Positions 1 through 8,063 of a stretch of DNA of 41,739 bases are shown here, piece by piece. Position numbers and translations under genes: made by a program. Each line of letters starts with the position of its first letter. The stretch's first letter is position 1. The notes under the pieces are model-generated. The model saw nothing but the letters and a program-made list of their open reading frames with translations, made no database searches and was not told the origin of the DNA. This DNA is from a virus: the IMG/VR virus record IMGVR_UViG_3300036846_000629, positions 1 through 41,739 of that record, one strand, 5' to 3'.

Positions 1-127
1 GGGTCGGACATGATCTCGCGGGCGACGCGCTGCCGGTAGGCAGCCGGATCGCCGGCGCTTTCGCGGAGGATTTTCTGCTCGCCATACCAGCGCATCAGAG
101 ATTTGCCCGGGTTGGGCGCGTCCCAGA
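1..127. repeat. Terminal direct repeat: bases 1-127 are identical to 41613-41739. This is a contig overlap, so the unique genome is 41,612 bp and circular or circularly permuted.
   Basis: Read directly: gggtcggacatgatctcg...gcgtcccaga occurs at both ends. 127 nt is a common assembler k-mer length. Confidence 0.95.
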
Positions 128-779
128 TGCGTTGCACGACGGCTCGCGCCATCGGGTCTACTGGATTGAGCGAGGTCAATGTCTTGTATGCCGCAACGAA
201 CTCGTCACCGTGCTCTTCATGAGCCTCGGCGAGAGCAGCATTGACGTGGCGGGAGGTCAGTTCGTGCGTGATTTGCGCGCGCTGATTGGCCGCCCAGGCC
301 TCCGGGTCTGACCATATGTCGGGCTGCGCCTGTTCCGGTTGAGGGGGTTGTCGCTGCTGTTGCTGTTGCGTGAGCATCTGAGCCTGGAAAGCAGCGATCT
401 GCGCACGCAGCGCATCGCGTTCCTGCTCGATCGCCTGACGGCGTGCGGTTTCCTCGCGCAGGCGGCTAGATGGCACCGGGCCTCGCGGCTCGCCGTCCCG
501 GCCCTTGCCGGTGTCGGGCGCCTCCTCCTCCGTTGCGGAAACCTCGTCGTCGGGATTGTCAGGCTCTTCTTCGCCTTCGCCTTCGGGCTGGTCCTCGTCG
601 GGTTCGTCGGGCTCGTCGCCCTCCTCGACATCGCCGGGAACGTCGTCCATCTCTTCGAGAGAGGTGTCGCCGTTATTCTCGGCCTCGTCCTGCCCGATGG
701 CGTCGTCGAAGATTTCCTGCTCGGTGCCAGCAATGGCGTCAGCAATGATTTCTTCCTCGATGGGAATTGGTGTAGCCAT
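1..779 (-). CDS. Scaffolding-like protein, N-terminal part. The ORF runs off the window start and continues through the circular junction to its stop at 41420, about 323 aa in total.
   Basis: ATG at 779 preceded by AAGGA. Translation is MATPIPIEEEIIADAIAG... with a very acidic N-terminus and a Q-rich coiled coil (RQAIEQERDALRAQIAAFQAQMLTQQQQQ). It is in frame with MRWYGEQKIL of ORF 41420..41707 and lies directly upstream of the capsid gene. Confidence 0.6.
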   Translation of the reverse strand, partial: MATPIPIEEEIIADAIAGTEQEIFDDAIGQDEAENNGDTSLEEMDDVPGDVEEGDEPDEPDEDQPEGEGEEEPDNPDDEVSATEEEAPDTGKGRDGEPRGPVPSSRLREETARRQAIEQERDALRAQIAAFQAQMLTQQQQQRQPPQPEQAQPDIWSDPEAWAANQRAQITHELTSRHVNAALAEAHEEHGDEFVAAYKTLTSLNPVDPMARAVVQRIWDAPNPGKSLMRWYGEQKILRESAGDPAAYRQRVAREIMSD

Positions 780-851
780 GGTGATTGTCCTTGGATGCCG
801 ACCTGCATTGCTGCAGTGTCGATGCCCGGTACGGCGGGCGGCGGCGGCCTA

Positions 852-897
852 TGTCGGCGGCGCGTCCGTGCGAGCCTGTGTCGGCGGCTCGTCCGTG
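852..897. repeat. Two 19-bp direct repeats TGTCGGCGGC(G/T)CGTCCGTG at 852-870 and 879-897, upstream of the scaffold gene.
   Basis: Read directly, one mismatch. They lie in the 200-bp gap between the 714-aa gene stop and the scaffold start. Confidence 0.7.
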
Positions 898-978
898 GCG
901 GATGTCAGTAGCCAACCCATCCGCTGGTCATGGCCGGATGTCGCCCCGGCCGGGCGATCTGATTATTGCGGCGAATAC

Positions 979-3123
979 CTACGGCAAGCCGCTCTGTATG
1001 ATCGACGCCGTATAGGTCGCCGCATTCGGCGTATGCGCGTTTGCCGAATCGTTGTTGCAGATGAAAACGTTGAGCGAGTTCGGGGTCGGAGCGCCGACAC
1101 CGCCGCCGGGGAAGACGGCATTATAGGAAAGCGTGAAATACGGTCCCGGATAATTGGTACCGGGTGCCACGAAATTCGGCGACATATAGACCGGAGGCGG
1201 GTTCTGCGGACCAAACTGGAACTGCCACGTTCCTCCGATCGTCGTGCTGGTCGTGATGCAGGCGCCCGCCGCGACTGAAGAACCGCCCATGCTCGGCGTC
1301 GTGAGGATGATCGGCAGAGCGTTCGGATAGTAGTAGAACAGCGAGTGCTGATCCTGCGCCGGAAAACTGGTCAGATAAAGCGGAGTCGCGCCCTTGAGAA
1401 ACTGATAGCTCGTTCCACCAATCACGACGATGTTAACGTCAAAGTAAGTATTGTAATCCGAATTGAAAATCGCAGGGGTCGGAATGCTGAACAGCGGATT
1501 TCCACCGGTACCGGCGACGATCGTATTTCGCAGGCTCGTGAAAGCATCCATCGTCGTCGCGACATCGATAATCGGAATATAGCCGCTCTTGACGGTCGTA
1601 TCGGTGATCGTCACTGACGCGTGCTCCGTCTCAACGATGATGCCGTAACCTCCGCCCGAGCTGCCTACGCTCGTCGTGAACGTACTGTTGGAAACCGTCA
1701 GGTTTGGCGTCGTAGCGTCCAGCGCCCTAGCCGACGACGTGTTGATTGTCGTATCGTGTATATACGCGCCGCGAAAGGCGTCGAGATCGATCGTTCCATC
1801 CCCGACCGAACCGATGATGGTGATGTTTTGCGCAATGCCAGCGAACGAACCGCTAGGCATCCCGAACGAGGAGCAGTTTTGAAACAACAGGGTCGTGAAA
1901 TCGGCTCCATTCGCGGCGTGAGTGAAGAAACCAGACACGCCAGGAATTCCACTGATCAGCCACACCGGAACAGATGCGTCCTGAATAGCCTGATCTCGAA
2001 TGAGGGTAGCGTTGCCACCTATCGCATTCTCTGCCGATATAACGAACAGGGACGAGTTCGAATTGAAATAGGCATTGCGTGCGATGCTGTCCTGGATGGT
2101 GCAGCCCTCGCCGCAAATCATGTTATGCTTGGAACCGTCCGTCGCCCAAGAGTTCATGATCAGCGAAGCATTGCCGATCTGCATGGAGCCGGACTGGTCC
2201 AAGCTTCCTCTCGTCCAGAGGCCGTTGACTGTGGTGCCGGTACGGCCAACGCCATAGATGCCATACGACGCGCTGGTATACTCGTACAGGTTCCCGTCCG
2301 TCGTCGGATTGGTACTGCCGACGGGGTGTACGTAGAGCGTCGCGGTGCCGGCCGTATCGCTGGTTACGAACATGCTCGCCGCGGTCGATGCACAGGCGGC
2401 CGTCGATGCTACGCGCTGCAGGACGGCCCCATTCTCATAGGCGTTTACAAAGCCGTTCAAGTTACCGGAGCCCTGCGCGAGCGTGATGGTCGTGCTGTAG
2501 CAGCCGCCGGAAGAGAGGGTCCAAGAGGACGGGGATATGATCGCCGTAGCGTCGATCTTCGGCAGCGCCACGCTGGGGGACAGGGTCGGCCCGTTGCCGA
2601 TTGCACTCAGCGTCATGCCGTTGCGCGGCACGTTCAAGGACGCAGTTACGCGCCACACCCGCGGGGTGGTGTTGCTCGCGGTGCTCTGCACGAAGTACCA
2701 AGTATTACGCGGCAGGGCGGCGTCGGCGGTCTGCAGTTTTCCGAGGGTCTGGAAGGCGGTCGAGATGGACGAGCCGTCGTTGCTGTCGGACCCCTGGACG
2801 GCATCGACGAAATAGGCCGCCCCGACTGTGCCCTGGCAGGCGTTGAGGGTCCATACGCCGGACGAGGATCGCGCCCAGCAGCCGGCCGCGGACCCGGAAG
2901 TCCCGAACCATGCATCGCTCAGCGCGCTCGACCCGGCGGGGTTGCCGAGCGCCGGAATGACACCGGCGCCGGTCGGGACAGGCACGGGAGGAGCCTGCAC
3001 AGTCCCCGGATTACCGAGCATCGAGTGGGACGGTATCTGCCCGAATCCACTCTGTGCGCTCGCCGACGACACCGAGATGGAAAGCGCAAGCGCAGCGCCG
3101 ATGAACGCGCGCGTCGTGTTCAT
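979..3123 (-). CDS. 714-aa beta-helix-like protein with a Sec signal peptide (tail fibre or secreted depolymerase-like).
   Basis: N-terminus MNTTRAFIGAALALSISVSSASA|QS. The body is long and rich in G/S/T/N/A, with repetitive short rungs. It is adjacent to the tailspike genes. Confidence 0.65.
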   Translation of the reverse strand: MNTTRAFIGAALALSISVSSASAQSGFGQIPSHSMLGNPGTVQAPPVPVPTGAGVIPALGNPAGSSALSDAWFGTSGSAAGCWARSSSGVWTLNACQGTVGAAYFVDAVQGSDSNDGSSISTAFQTLGKLQTADAALPRNTWYFVQSTASNTTPRVWRVTASLNVPRNGMTLSAIGNGPTLSPSVALPKIDATAIISPSSWTLSSGGCYSTTITLAQGSGNLNGFVNAYENGAVLQRVASTAACASTAASMFVTSDTAGTATLYVHPVGSTNPTTDGNLYEYTSASYGIYGVGRTGTTVNGLWTRGSLDQSGSMQIGNASLIMNSWATDGSKHNMICGEGCTIQDSIARNAYFNSNSSLFVISAENAIGGNATLIRDQAIQDASVPVWLISGIPGVSGFFTHAANGADFTTLLFQNCSSFGMPSGSFAGIAQNITIIGSVGDGTIDLDAFRGAYIHDTTINTSSARALDATTPNLTVSNSTFTTSVGSSGGGYGIIVETEHASVTITDTTVKSGYIPIIDVATTMDAFTSLRNTIVAGTGGNPLFSIPTPAIFNSDYNTYFDVNIVVIGGTSYQFLKGATPLYLTSFPAQDQHSLFYYYPNALPIILTTPSMGGSSVAAGACITTSTTIGGTWQFQFGPQNPPPVYMSPNFVAPGTNYPGPYFTLSYNAVFPGGGVGAPTPNSLNVFICNNDSANAHTPNAATYTASIIQSGLP

Positions 3124-3133
3124 GGCAAAATCC

Positions 3134-3685
3134 TTACTGCACCATCCACCCTGTGTTGGCGCTATCGTTGAATGGCACTAGGGTTACCCAGGCGTAATTC
3201 GTCGCGATCACATAGCTTGTAAGACCGTCAATGGTTTCGCCCCCTGCTGGCGCGAGCGTGATATTGTTTGTTCCGGCTTGCCCGAGGTCCTTGAATGTCA
3301 GCGGCACGCCGAGGCGGGTGGCTGCCGGTGGCAATGTGCAGGTCGCGGGCGATAAAATCTTGCAGTTGATGATCTGGTCGGTCGCTGACGCCACGATCGG
3401 CGTCGCAGCGACGTAGCGCTGTGTCCGGGTCGGTCCCGGCGGCGCGATCGCAGTGGAAAGACTGCTGAGAGAAATTTTGAAATAGTGTTGAGCGACATCG
3501 TCCCAGCAGAGCAGATAATCGGTCGGTAAATTGGCGGCCGGCGGCACCTGAGTTGCAAAGGCGGCGATCGTAAAGCCGATCGTCCAGATGCCCGAAGTTT
3601 TGTCAATCGTGACCGGCCCGCTGCCCTGCACCAGGGCCGGGAACGGGAATGTCGCGTTGACGCGGATGCGGGCAGGCAATGCCAT
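3134..3685 (-). CDS. 183-aa receptor-binding or tail-fibre protein sharing its N-terminal anchor with the 566-aa tailspike.
   Basis: N-terminus IRVNATFPFPALVQGSGPVTIDKTSGIWTIG compared with IRVNAAFPFPALVQGSGPVTIAKASGVWTVG in ORF 3696..5396. Confidence 0.7.
   Translation of the reverse strand: MALPARIRVNATFPFPALVQGSGPVTIDKTSGIWTIGFTIAAFATQVPPAANLPTDYLLCWDDVAQHYFKISLSSLSTAIAPPGPTRTQRYVAATPIVASATDQIINCKILSPATCTLPPAATRLGVPLTFKDLGQAGTNNITLAPAGGETIDGLTSYVIATNYAWVTLVPFNDSANTGWMVQ
3609..3640. repeat. 32-bp exact repeat GTGACCGGCCCGCTGCCCTGCACCAGGGCCGG, copy 1 of 2 (partner at 5314-5345).
   Basis: Read directly. It encodes the shared N-terminal anchor of the two tail proteins. Confidence 0.9.
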
Positions 3686-3695
3686 TTCAGCCGGC

Positions 3696-5396
3696 CTATG
3701 GCGAAGTTCGAGTCAGTTCATACCAGGCTCCAGAAAGGGCCTGCAGTTGCATCAACGTATTGGCCGTCGGATTGTAATTTACAGAGCCCTTCAAATTGAA
3801 ACTGCCTTGCACCAGCGTCGAATTAGCATCGCCAAAATAGAACGTATAAACTTGCCCCGACACGCCATTGGTAAAATTCGTTATATTGGTCGCAGAACTA
3901 TTGTAAACATAAAATTGACGATCCACTGCGACTGACGGAGTCGCTCCAGCAGAGTTCAACAACGAAAAATCCTTCGGCAGTAAAACAATTCTAGCCCCTG
4001 TCTGTATAGACTGCGGTGTAGTGACGTTATCAAACACATTCGAGTTCAATGGAATTGATACAGAAGCGCCAGACCCGAGAAGAATGCCGGTGCCAAATCC
4101 CTTGATTACATTTCCGGTAATCGTATTATTTGCCGAATTAGACAACGCAATTCCAGTCGCGCCGGAACTGGAGCTGCTCAGCGTGTTGTATGCTATAATA
4201 CAATCCCCTTCCAGATTGGCAGTCCCCGGCTTGAATATACCGGCGGAGCTTCCAGTAATATTCGTTATTATGTTCGACATAATACTAATGCGATTGGTCT
4301 GATCAGCCAAAGTAATACCGTGTGTAGTCGGGTTTTCAACTATGTTATTGTAGACGAAACAATCCTGTGAGCCTCCGTCAATCAGTATTTCTCGCCCGAC
4401 GCTGTCTCTAATGGTTCCGTTGAAGCACCCGAACAGTTCCAAGATGCCCATGCCTGTGCCAGCATTGCATCTTTCTATAATGCAATCTCTGCTGCCTATA
4501 ACAACAATCGGAGCGGTAGGAACGCCAGAGGTGACATTACAATTCTTGACAGTGCCATTCTGAACTAGCTCAAAAACAATACCACCATCGCTAGACTGAA
4601 TTACAGTCAGATCAGAAACACTAACATTGTTTAAAGGCGTACAGACTTGAATCAGCGTCCAATTGATCCCACCTATCGGCAGCGGCTCGACAAGAGTAAT
4701 CACCCCGGTACTGGTATTGACGGCACTTATCTTGGAAAAGAAGGTCGGAAACCAGTAATTACCAGCGAACGGTCCGGTTATGTACGCCGTCTGACCCACA
4801 GAAAAATGTGTAGAGTCTGCCGCCGTGGTAGTCGTAACCGTATTGCCGCCTTCGACCGGAGCATTTATCGCATAAGTTGTTCCAGTCGAAGTGCCATAGG
4901 CAATTACACCCATATTGTTAGGTGATAATGCAGCCCCGGTGTTCTTGATGAACGTAGAGCCTACACCAGACCCCTGCACGCTGACATTAGAAATCAAGCT
5001 GACTGCACTGGATATATTATAGGTGCCCGGAGGAAAAAAGACAGTGCCTCCAGTCAAAGACAACGATTGGATAGCGTTATTAATTGCAGTATAATCATCA
5101 GCAATGCCGTCGCCAACGGCACCATAACTCTTGACATTAATCATAGGTGCAGGTGCGCCTGCAAGATTGCTTACCGCAATCTTCGAGTATGTTCCGGCGA
5201 CACCATCAAAGATCAGAACATATTGATGCGATGAACTCGGCGGGGTCGGCGTGATCGCGCCGAATTGATCGATCGAGTGTCCGACTGTCCAGACGCCGCT
5301 GGCCTTGGCGATGGTGACCGGCCCGCTGCCCTGCACCAGGGCCGGAAATGGAAACGCGGCGTTGACGCGGATATCGGCGGGAAATTGGCTGCTCAT
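3696..5396 (-). CDS. Tailspike / depolymerase with a pectate-lyase-type right-handed beta-helix, 566 aa.
   Basis: VKSYGAVGDGIADDYTAINNAIQS motif typical of pectate_lyase_3 / tailspike caps. Many N-x-x-I/V rungs. Shared anchor N-terminus. Confidence 0.75.
   Translation of the reverse strand: MSSQFPADIRVNAAFPFPALVQGSGPVTIAKASGVWTVGHSIDQFGAITPTPPSSSHQYVLIFDGVAGTYSKIAVSNLAGAPAPMINVKSYGAVGDGIADDYTAINNAIQSLSLTGGTVFFPPGTYNISSAVSLISNVSVQGSGVGSTFIKNTGAALSPNNMGVIAYGTSTGTTYAINAPVEGGNTVTTTTAADSTHFSVGQTAYITGPFAGNYWFPTFFSKISAVNTSTGVITLVEPLPIGGINWTLIQVCTPLNNVSVSDLTVIQSSDGGIVFELVQNGTVKNCNVTSGVPTAPIVVIGSRDCIIERCNAGTGMGILELFGCFNGTIRDSVGREILIDGGSQDCFVYNNIVENPTTHGITLADQTNRISIMSNIITNITGSSAGIFKPGTANLEGDCIIAYNTLSSSSSGATGIALSNSANNTITGNVIKGFGTGILLGSGASVSIPLNSNVFDNVTTPQSIQTGARIVLLPKDFSLLNSAGATPSVAVDRQFYVYNSSATNITNFTNGVSGQVYTFYFGDANSTLVQGSFNLKGSVNYNPTANTLMQLQALSGAWYELTRTSP
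5314..5345. repeat. 32-bp exact repeat, copy 2 of 2 (partner at 3609-3640).
   Basis: Read directly. Confidence 0.9.
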
Positions 5397-5397
5397 G

Positions 5398-5961
5398 TCA
5401 GCAGGTCACCGCTAAGCCACCGCTGAGGCACATCTGCACCAGGCCTCCGATCGTTTGACCACCGGGCGTAGTGAACGTGCCGTCCGGCCCACTGGTCACT
5501 GATCCCGTGCACGGAACGGCTTTGCCAGCAGTGAGGCACATTTGCAGCAGCCCCTCGACTATCTGCCCGCCCGCGGTCCGAAATGTGCCGTCTGGGCCGC
5601 TGGTGACGGTTCCCGTGCAGGGCATGGCCTTATTGGCGGTCAGACACATGAAGACGACACCCGGCACGGTCGCGCCGCCTGGCGTTGGAAATGATGCGCC
5701 ACCGCCGACGCCGCCACATGGGATAGCCAAGCCGGCGGAAAGGCACATTTGGACGGCACCGCCGACCGTCTGGCCGCCTGGCGTAGTAAATCTGCCGTCA
5801 GGGCCAGAAGTGACGGTTCCCGTGCATGGCCGCGCGAGGCCGCCGGTGACACACATGACGACGAGGCCGGGCACCGTCTGCCCGCCGGGCGTGGTGAATG
5901 ACGACTGCGCGACCGCCGGGGCTGCCAGCATCGCAAGAGCGATGGCAAGCGCGGTCCTCAT
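5398..5961 (-). CDS. Secreted Cys-rich protein made of five tandem repeats of about 35 aa, 187 aa in total.
   Basis: Signal peptide MRTALAIALAMLAAPAVA|QS. Five copies of F-T-T-P-G-G-Q-T-V-x-G-x-V-x-M-C-L-x-x-G-x-A-x-P-C-T-G-T-V-T-S-G-P-D-G. ATGA overlap with the portal stop. Confidence 0.7.
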   Translation of the reverse strand: MRTALAIALAMLAAPAVAQSSFTTPGGQTVPGLVVMCVTGGLARPCTGTVTSGPDGRFTTPGGQTVGGAVQMCLSAGLAIPCGGVGGGASFPTPGGATVPGVVFMCLTANKAMPCTGTVTSGPDGTFRTAGGQIVEGLLQMCLTAGKAVPCTGSVTSGPDGTFTTPGGQTIGGLVQMCLSGGLAVTC

Positions 5962-8063
5962 GCTTCGGCCTTTGCCTTCGGCCTGGCGGCGGCCTCTTTT
6001 CGCTTCGCCGCGTGATCGGCCATGTTGGTGATGTGCTGCTCCTGCAGCTCGCGCATCTTGAACAGGTGCTCCTGGCGCGCCTGCTCCATCTCGAGCATGA
6101 GTTTCTGGCGCTCGGTCTCGGCCCGCATCGATTCAATGCGCATATCGGCTACATGCTGTTCGCGGGCGCGCTGGGCGTCCTGCTGCCGGGCGAGCGCATC
6201 CTGCTGGGCGTTGGCGATCTCGGCCTGGGCCTGGGTTTGCTTCGCCTGCAGGTCCATCTGGGCGCTTTGCTGATCGGCCTGCGCCTTGTGCTGCGCGGTC
6301 GCCATGTCGAGTTGGCCCTTTTGCTGCGCGGTCTGCGCCTTGAGCTGCTCGACCTGCATCTTGGGATCGGGCTGCTGCGCCTGCTGGGCGAGTTTCTGCT
6401 GCAGTTGCGCCTTGAACGACGCCGGCAGGGGCATGAAGTCCAGCTTCACCTGCCACGGGATGGTCGGATCGTCCTTGATCAGCTCATAGGCGTCTTGCAT
6501 GAGATTGGCCGTATCCGGCCCTTCATCCATGATGATGTCGACATCGATCGAGCCGACCATGTTCTCGATCACAGGTTGGCCCCACTGGTTGAGACCGAGC
6601 GCGTTGATCTGCAGGAACTGCGTGATCTCCTGGTTGCCGGAGTTCACCCGGATGTAGCGTTCCGCCGTCCAATTGCGCTTGATCGCCGCCCAGACGGCGC
6701 GATACACGCGGAGCTTCCATGACTTGTAGTTGCGCAGGAATGTGCCGAGGTCGGCCGAGGCCGCCTTTTGCAGGCGATCGATGGCGACGCCGGAATGTTC
6801 ACCCTGTTCGGCCGCGGTGACGCGGTCTGGCATGATGTTGGCGAAGCCGGTGATCTTGGCCCGGGCGTCCTGCATCAGCGCTAGGTGCGCCTGCAGGTCC
6901 TCATCCTTTGGTGCCGGGGCCGGTGGTTCAAAACCTTTGTTAAATTCAATCACACCATCGGGACGCGCGGACTCACGCCTAGCCGTTTCCACATCATCCA
7001 CAGCGCCCTTTTCGATGGTCAGGCGTGACGTGCTGCTGATGTACAGAGCCTTGGAGCGCCGCTGGTTTACTTCATCTTGAGGTCCTTTAAAATTGCGTAC
7101 AAAGCCGTACCGATCTCCGTCGTGATCGACGGCAGCGCTAAACATGATGAAACGGTCGGTCGATCGCCTGCGCTCATCGAAGAACGGCGACACACCTTGA
7201 TCGAGCAGCAGATTACTGACATAGAACGCCCAGAACCATTTGCCCTTGTTTTTGTACCAGTGCTCGACGAGCCGCACGCGGTGTTCATTGGCGTACACCC
7301 ATTTGAACTCGCGATCCGCATGAGTGGTGAGGTCAAATCCCGTTTCCACCATCAGCGAGCGCAGTTCGTCCTCTTTATCGGGGAACAGCTCGATGGCGGC
7401 TTCCTCGTGCAGCCATTTACTGATGCCCTTATATCGCGCGTCGCTGAAATCCGGCTTGAATGATGTCGGATCGTAGAAAAAGTCGTCCCCGAAGATGAAA
7501 TCCGCGCTGATGTCGGGATCGCCATGGTCGCCCTCGATCAGCTTGATCTCTATTCCGGCAATTCCTTCCGTGGCTGCCTGGCCAGCACAGTAAGCATCAA
7601 GGTGCGACCACTCGCAGCCGTCCAGCACGGCCCGCACGCATTGAGTGGCAATCTCGGCACCTGAAGCATGCGTTGGGGTTCGTGGGTAGGCTTTAGGGTC
7701 TGCTCGGAACCGCTGAGCGATCCATACCAGATTGTCAATTTTTGGAGATACTTCATTGAACGTGATGATAGGTTGCCGTCGGTTCCGTAAAATCCTGATT
7801 TCCTCGGGCGTCCACTGCGATCCGTGGTAGTAGTGTCTGGAGAGTTTTTGCTCTTCATATTCCTGCACCTTCACGGTGAGATAGCCGATGTATTTCTCGC
7901 GCAGGCGGGAAACCGGCAGGTAGCCCTCCTCGTCGCCGTCCCAGTCGGACTCGTCGGGCGAGATTTCCGAGCGGCGCGCCATGGGCGGCCGGTTGAACCG
8001 GTCCCGGTCGCGCACGCGGGAGGGCGCCAGCGGGCCGGCTGGCAGTTGGAATGCAGATGGCAT
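5958..8063 (-). CDS. Portal protein, 701 aa, with a long Q/A-rich C-terminal coiled-coil (P22-like barrel extension).
   Basis: Size and position. YYHGSQWTPEEIRILRNRRQPIITFNEV region. C-terminal 150 aa are a heptad-like Q/A/K/E coiled coil. Confidence 0.7.
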   Translation of the reverse strand: MPSAFQLPAGPLAPSRVRDRDRFNRPPMARRSEISPDESDWDGDEEGYLPVSRLREKYIGYLTVKVQEYEEQKLSRHYYHGSQWTPEEIRILRNRRQPIITFNEVSPKIDNLVWIAQRFRADPKAYPRTPTHASGAEIATQCVRAVLDGCEWSHLDAYCAGQAATEGIAGIEIKLIEGDHGDPDISADFIFGDDFFYDPTSFKPDFSDARYKGISKWLHEEAAIELFPDKEDELRSLMVETGFDLTTHADREFKWVYANEHRVRLVEHWYKNKGKWFWAFYVSNLLLDQGVSPFFDERRRSTDRFIMFSAAVDHDGDRYGFVRNFKGPQDEVNQRRSKALYISSTSRLTIEKGAVDDVETARRESARPDGVIEFNKGFEPPAPAPKDEDLQAHLALMQDARAKITGFANIMPDRVTAAEQGEHSGVAIDRLQKAASADLGTFLRNYKSWKLRVYRAVWAAIKRNWTAERYIRVNSGNQEITQFLQINALGLNQWGQPVIENMVGSIDVDIIMDEGPDTANLMQDAYELIKDDPTIPWQVKLDFMPLPASFKAQLQQKLAQQAQQPDPKMQVEQLKAQTAQQKGQLDMATAQHKAQADQQSAQMDLQAKQTQAQAEIANAQQDALARQQDAQRAREQHVADMRIESMRAETERQKLMLEMEQARQEHLFKMRELQEQHITNMADHAAKRKEAAARPKAKAEA

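Noticed and set aside
1-127. Treating the 127-bp terminal repeat as a biological direct terminal repeat, an LTR or an insertion-sequence end.
   Set aside because: The repeat lies inside a continuous ORF (the scaffold gene reads straight through the junction). Its length equals a standard assembler k-mer. A circularisation overlap is the simpler explanation. Physical ends need read-level analysis.
257-1278. Track ORFs 257..808(-), 339..911(+), 470..748(+) and 505..1278(+).
   Set aside because: They are off-frame or antisense to the scaffold gene (ATG 779, minus strand). Their products are Arg/Ser/Pro-rich, as is typical of wrong frames in GC-rich DNA.
1621-3171. The 516-aa plus-strand ORF, and other ORFs overlapping the 714-aa gene.
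   Set aside because: It is antisense to a well-formed beta-helix gene with a signal peptide. Its product is Arg-rich (about one residue in five), with no RBS or operon context.
3609-5345. The 32-bp repeat pair as a diversity-generating retroelement TR/VR pair or as transposon ends.
   Set aside because: There is no reverse transcriptase in the genome. The repeats are identical rather than adenine-mutagenised, and they encode the conserved N-terminal anchor rather than a variable C-terminus.
5471-6722. Plus-strand ORFs 5471..6031 and 5898..6722 (274 aa), and minus off-frame ORFs 5640..5948, 5798..6136 and 6133..6456.
   Set aside because: They are antisense or off-frame to the Cys-repeat gene and to the portal C-terminal coiled coil. 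Their L/R/G-rich low-complexity products mirror the repeats on the coding strand.
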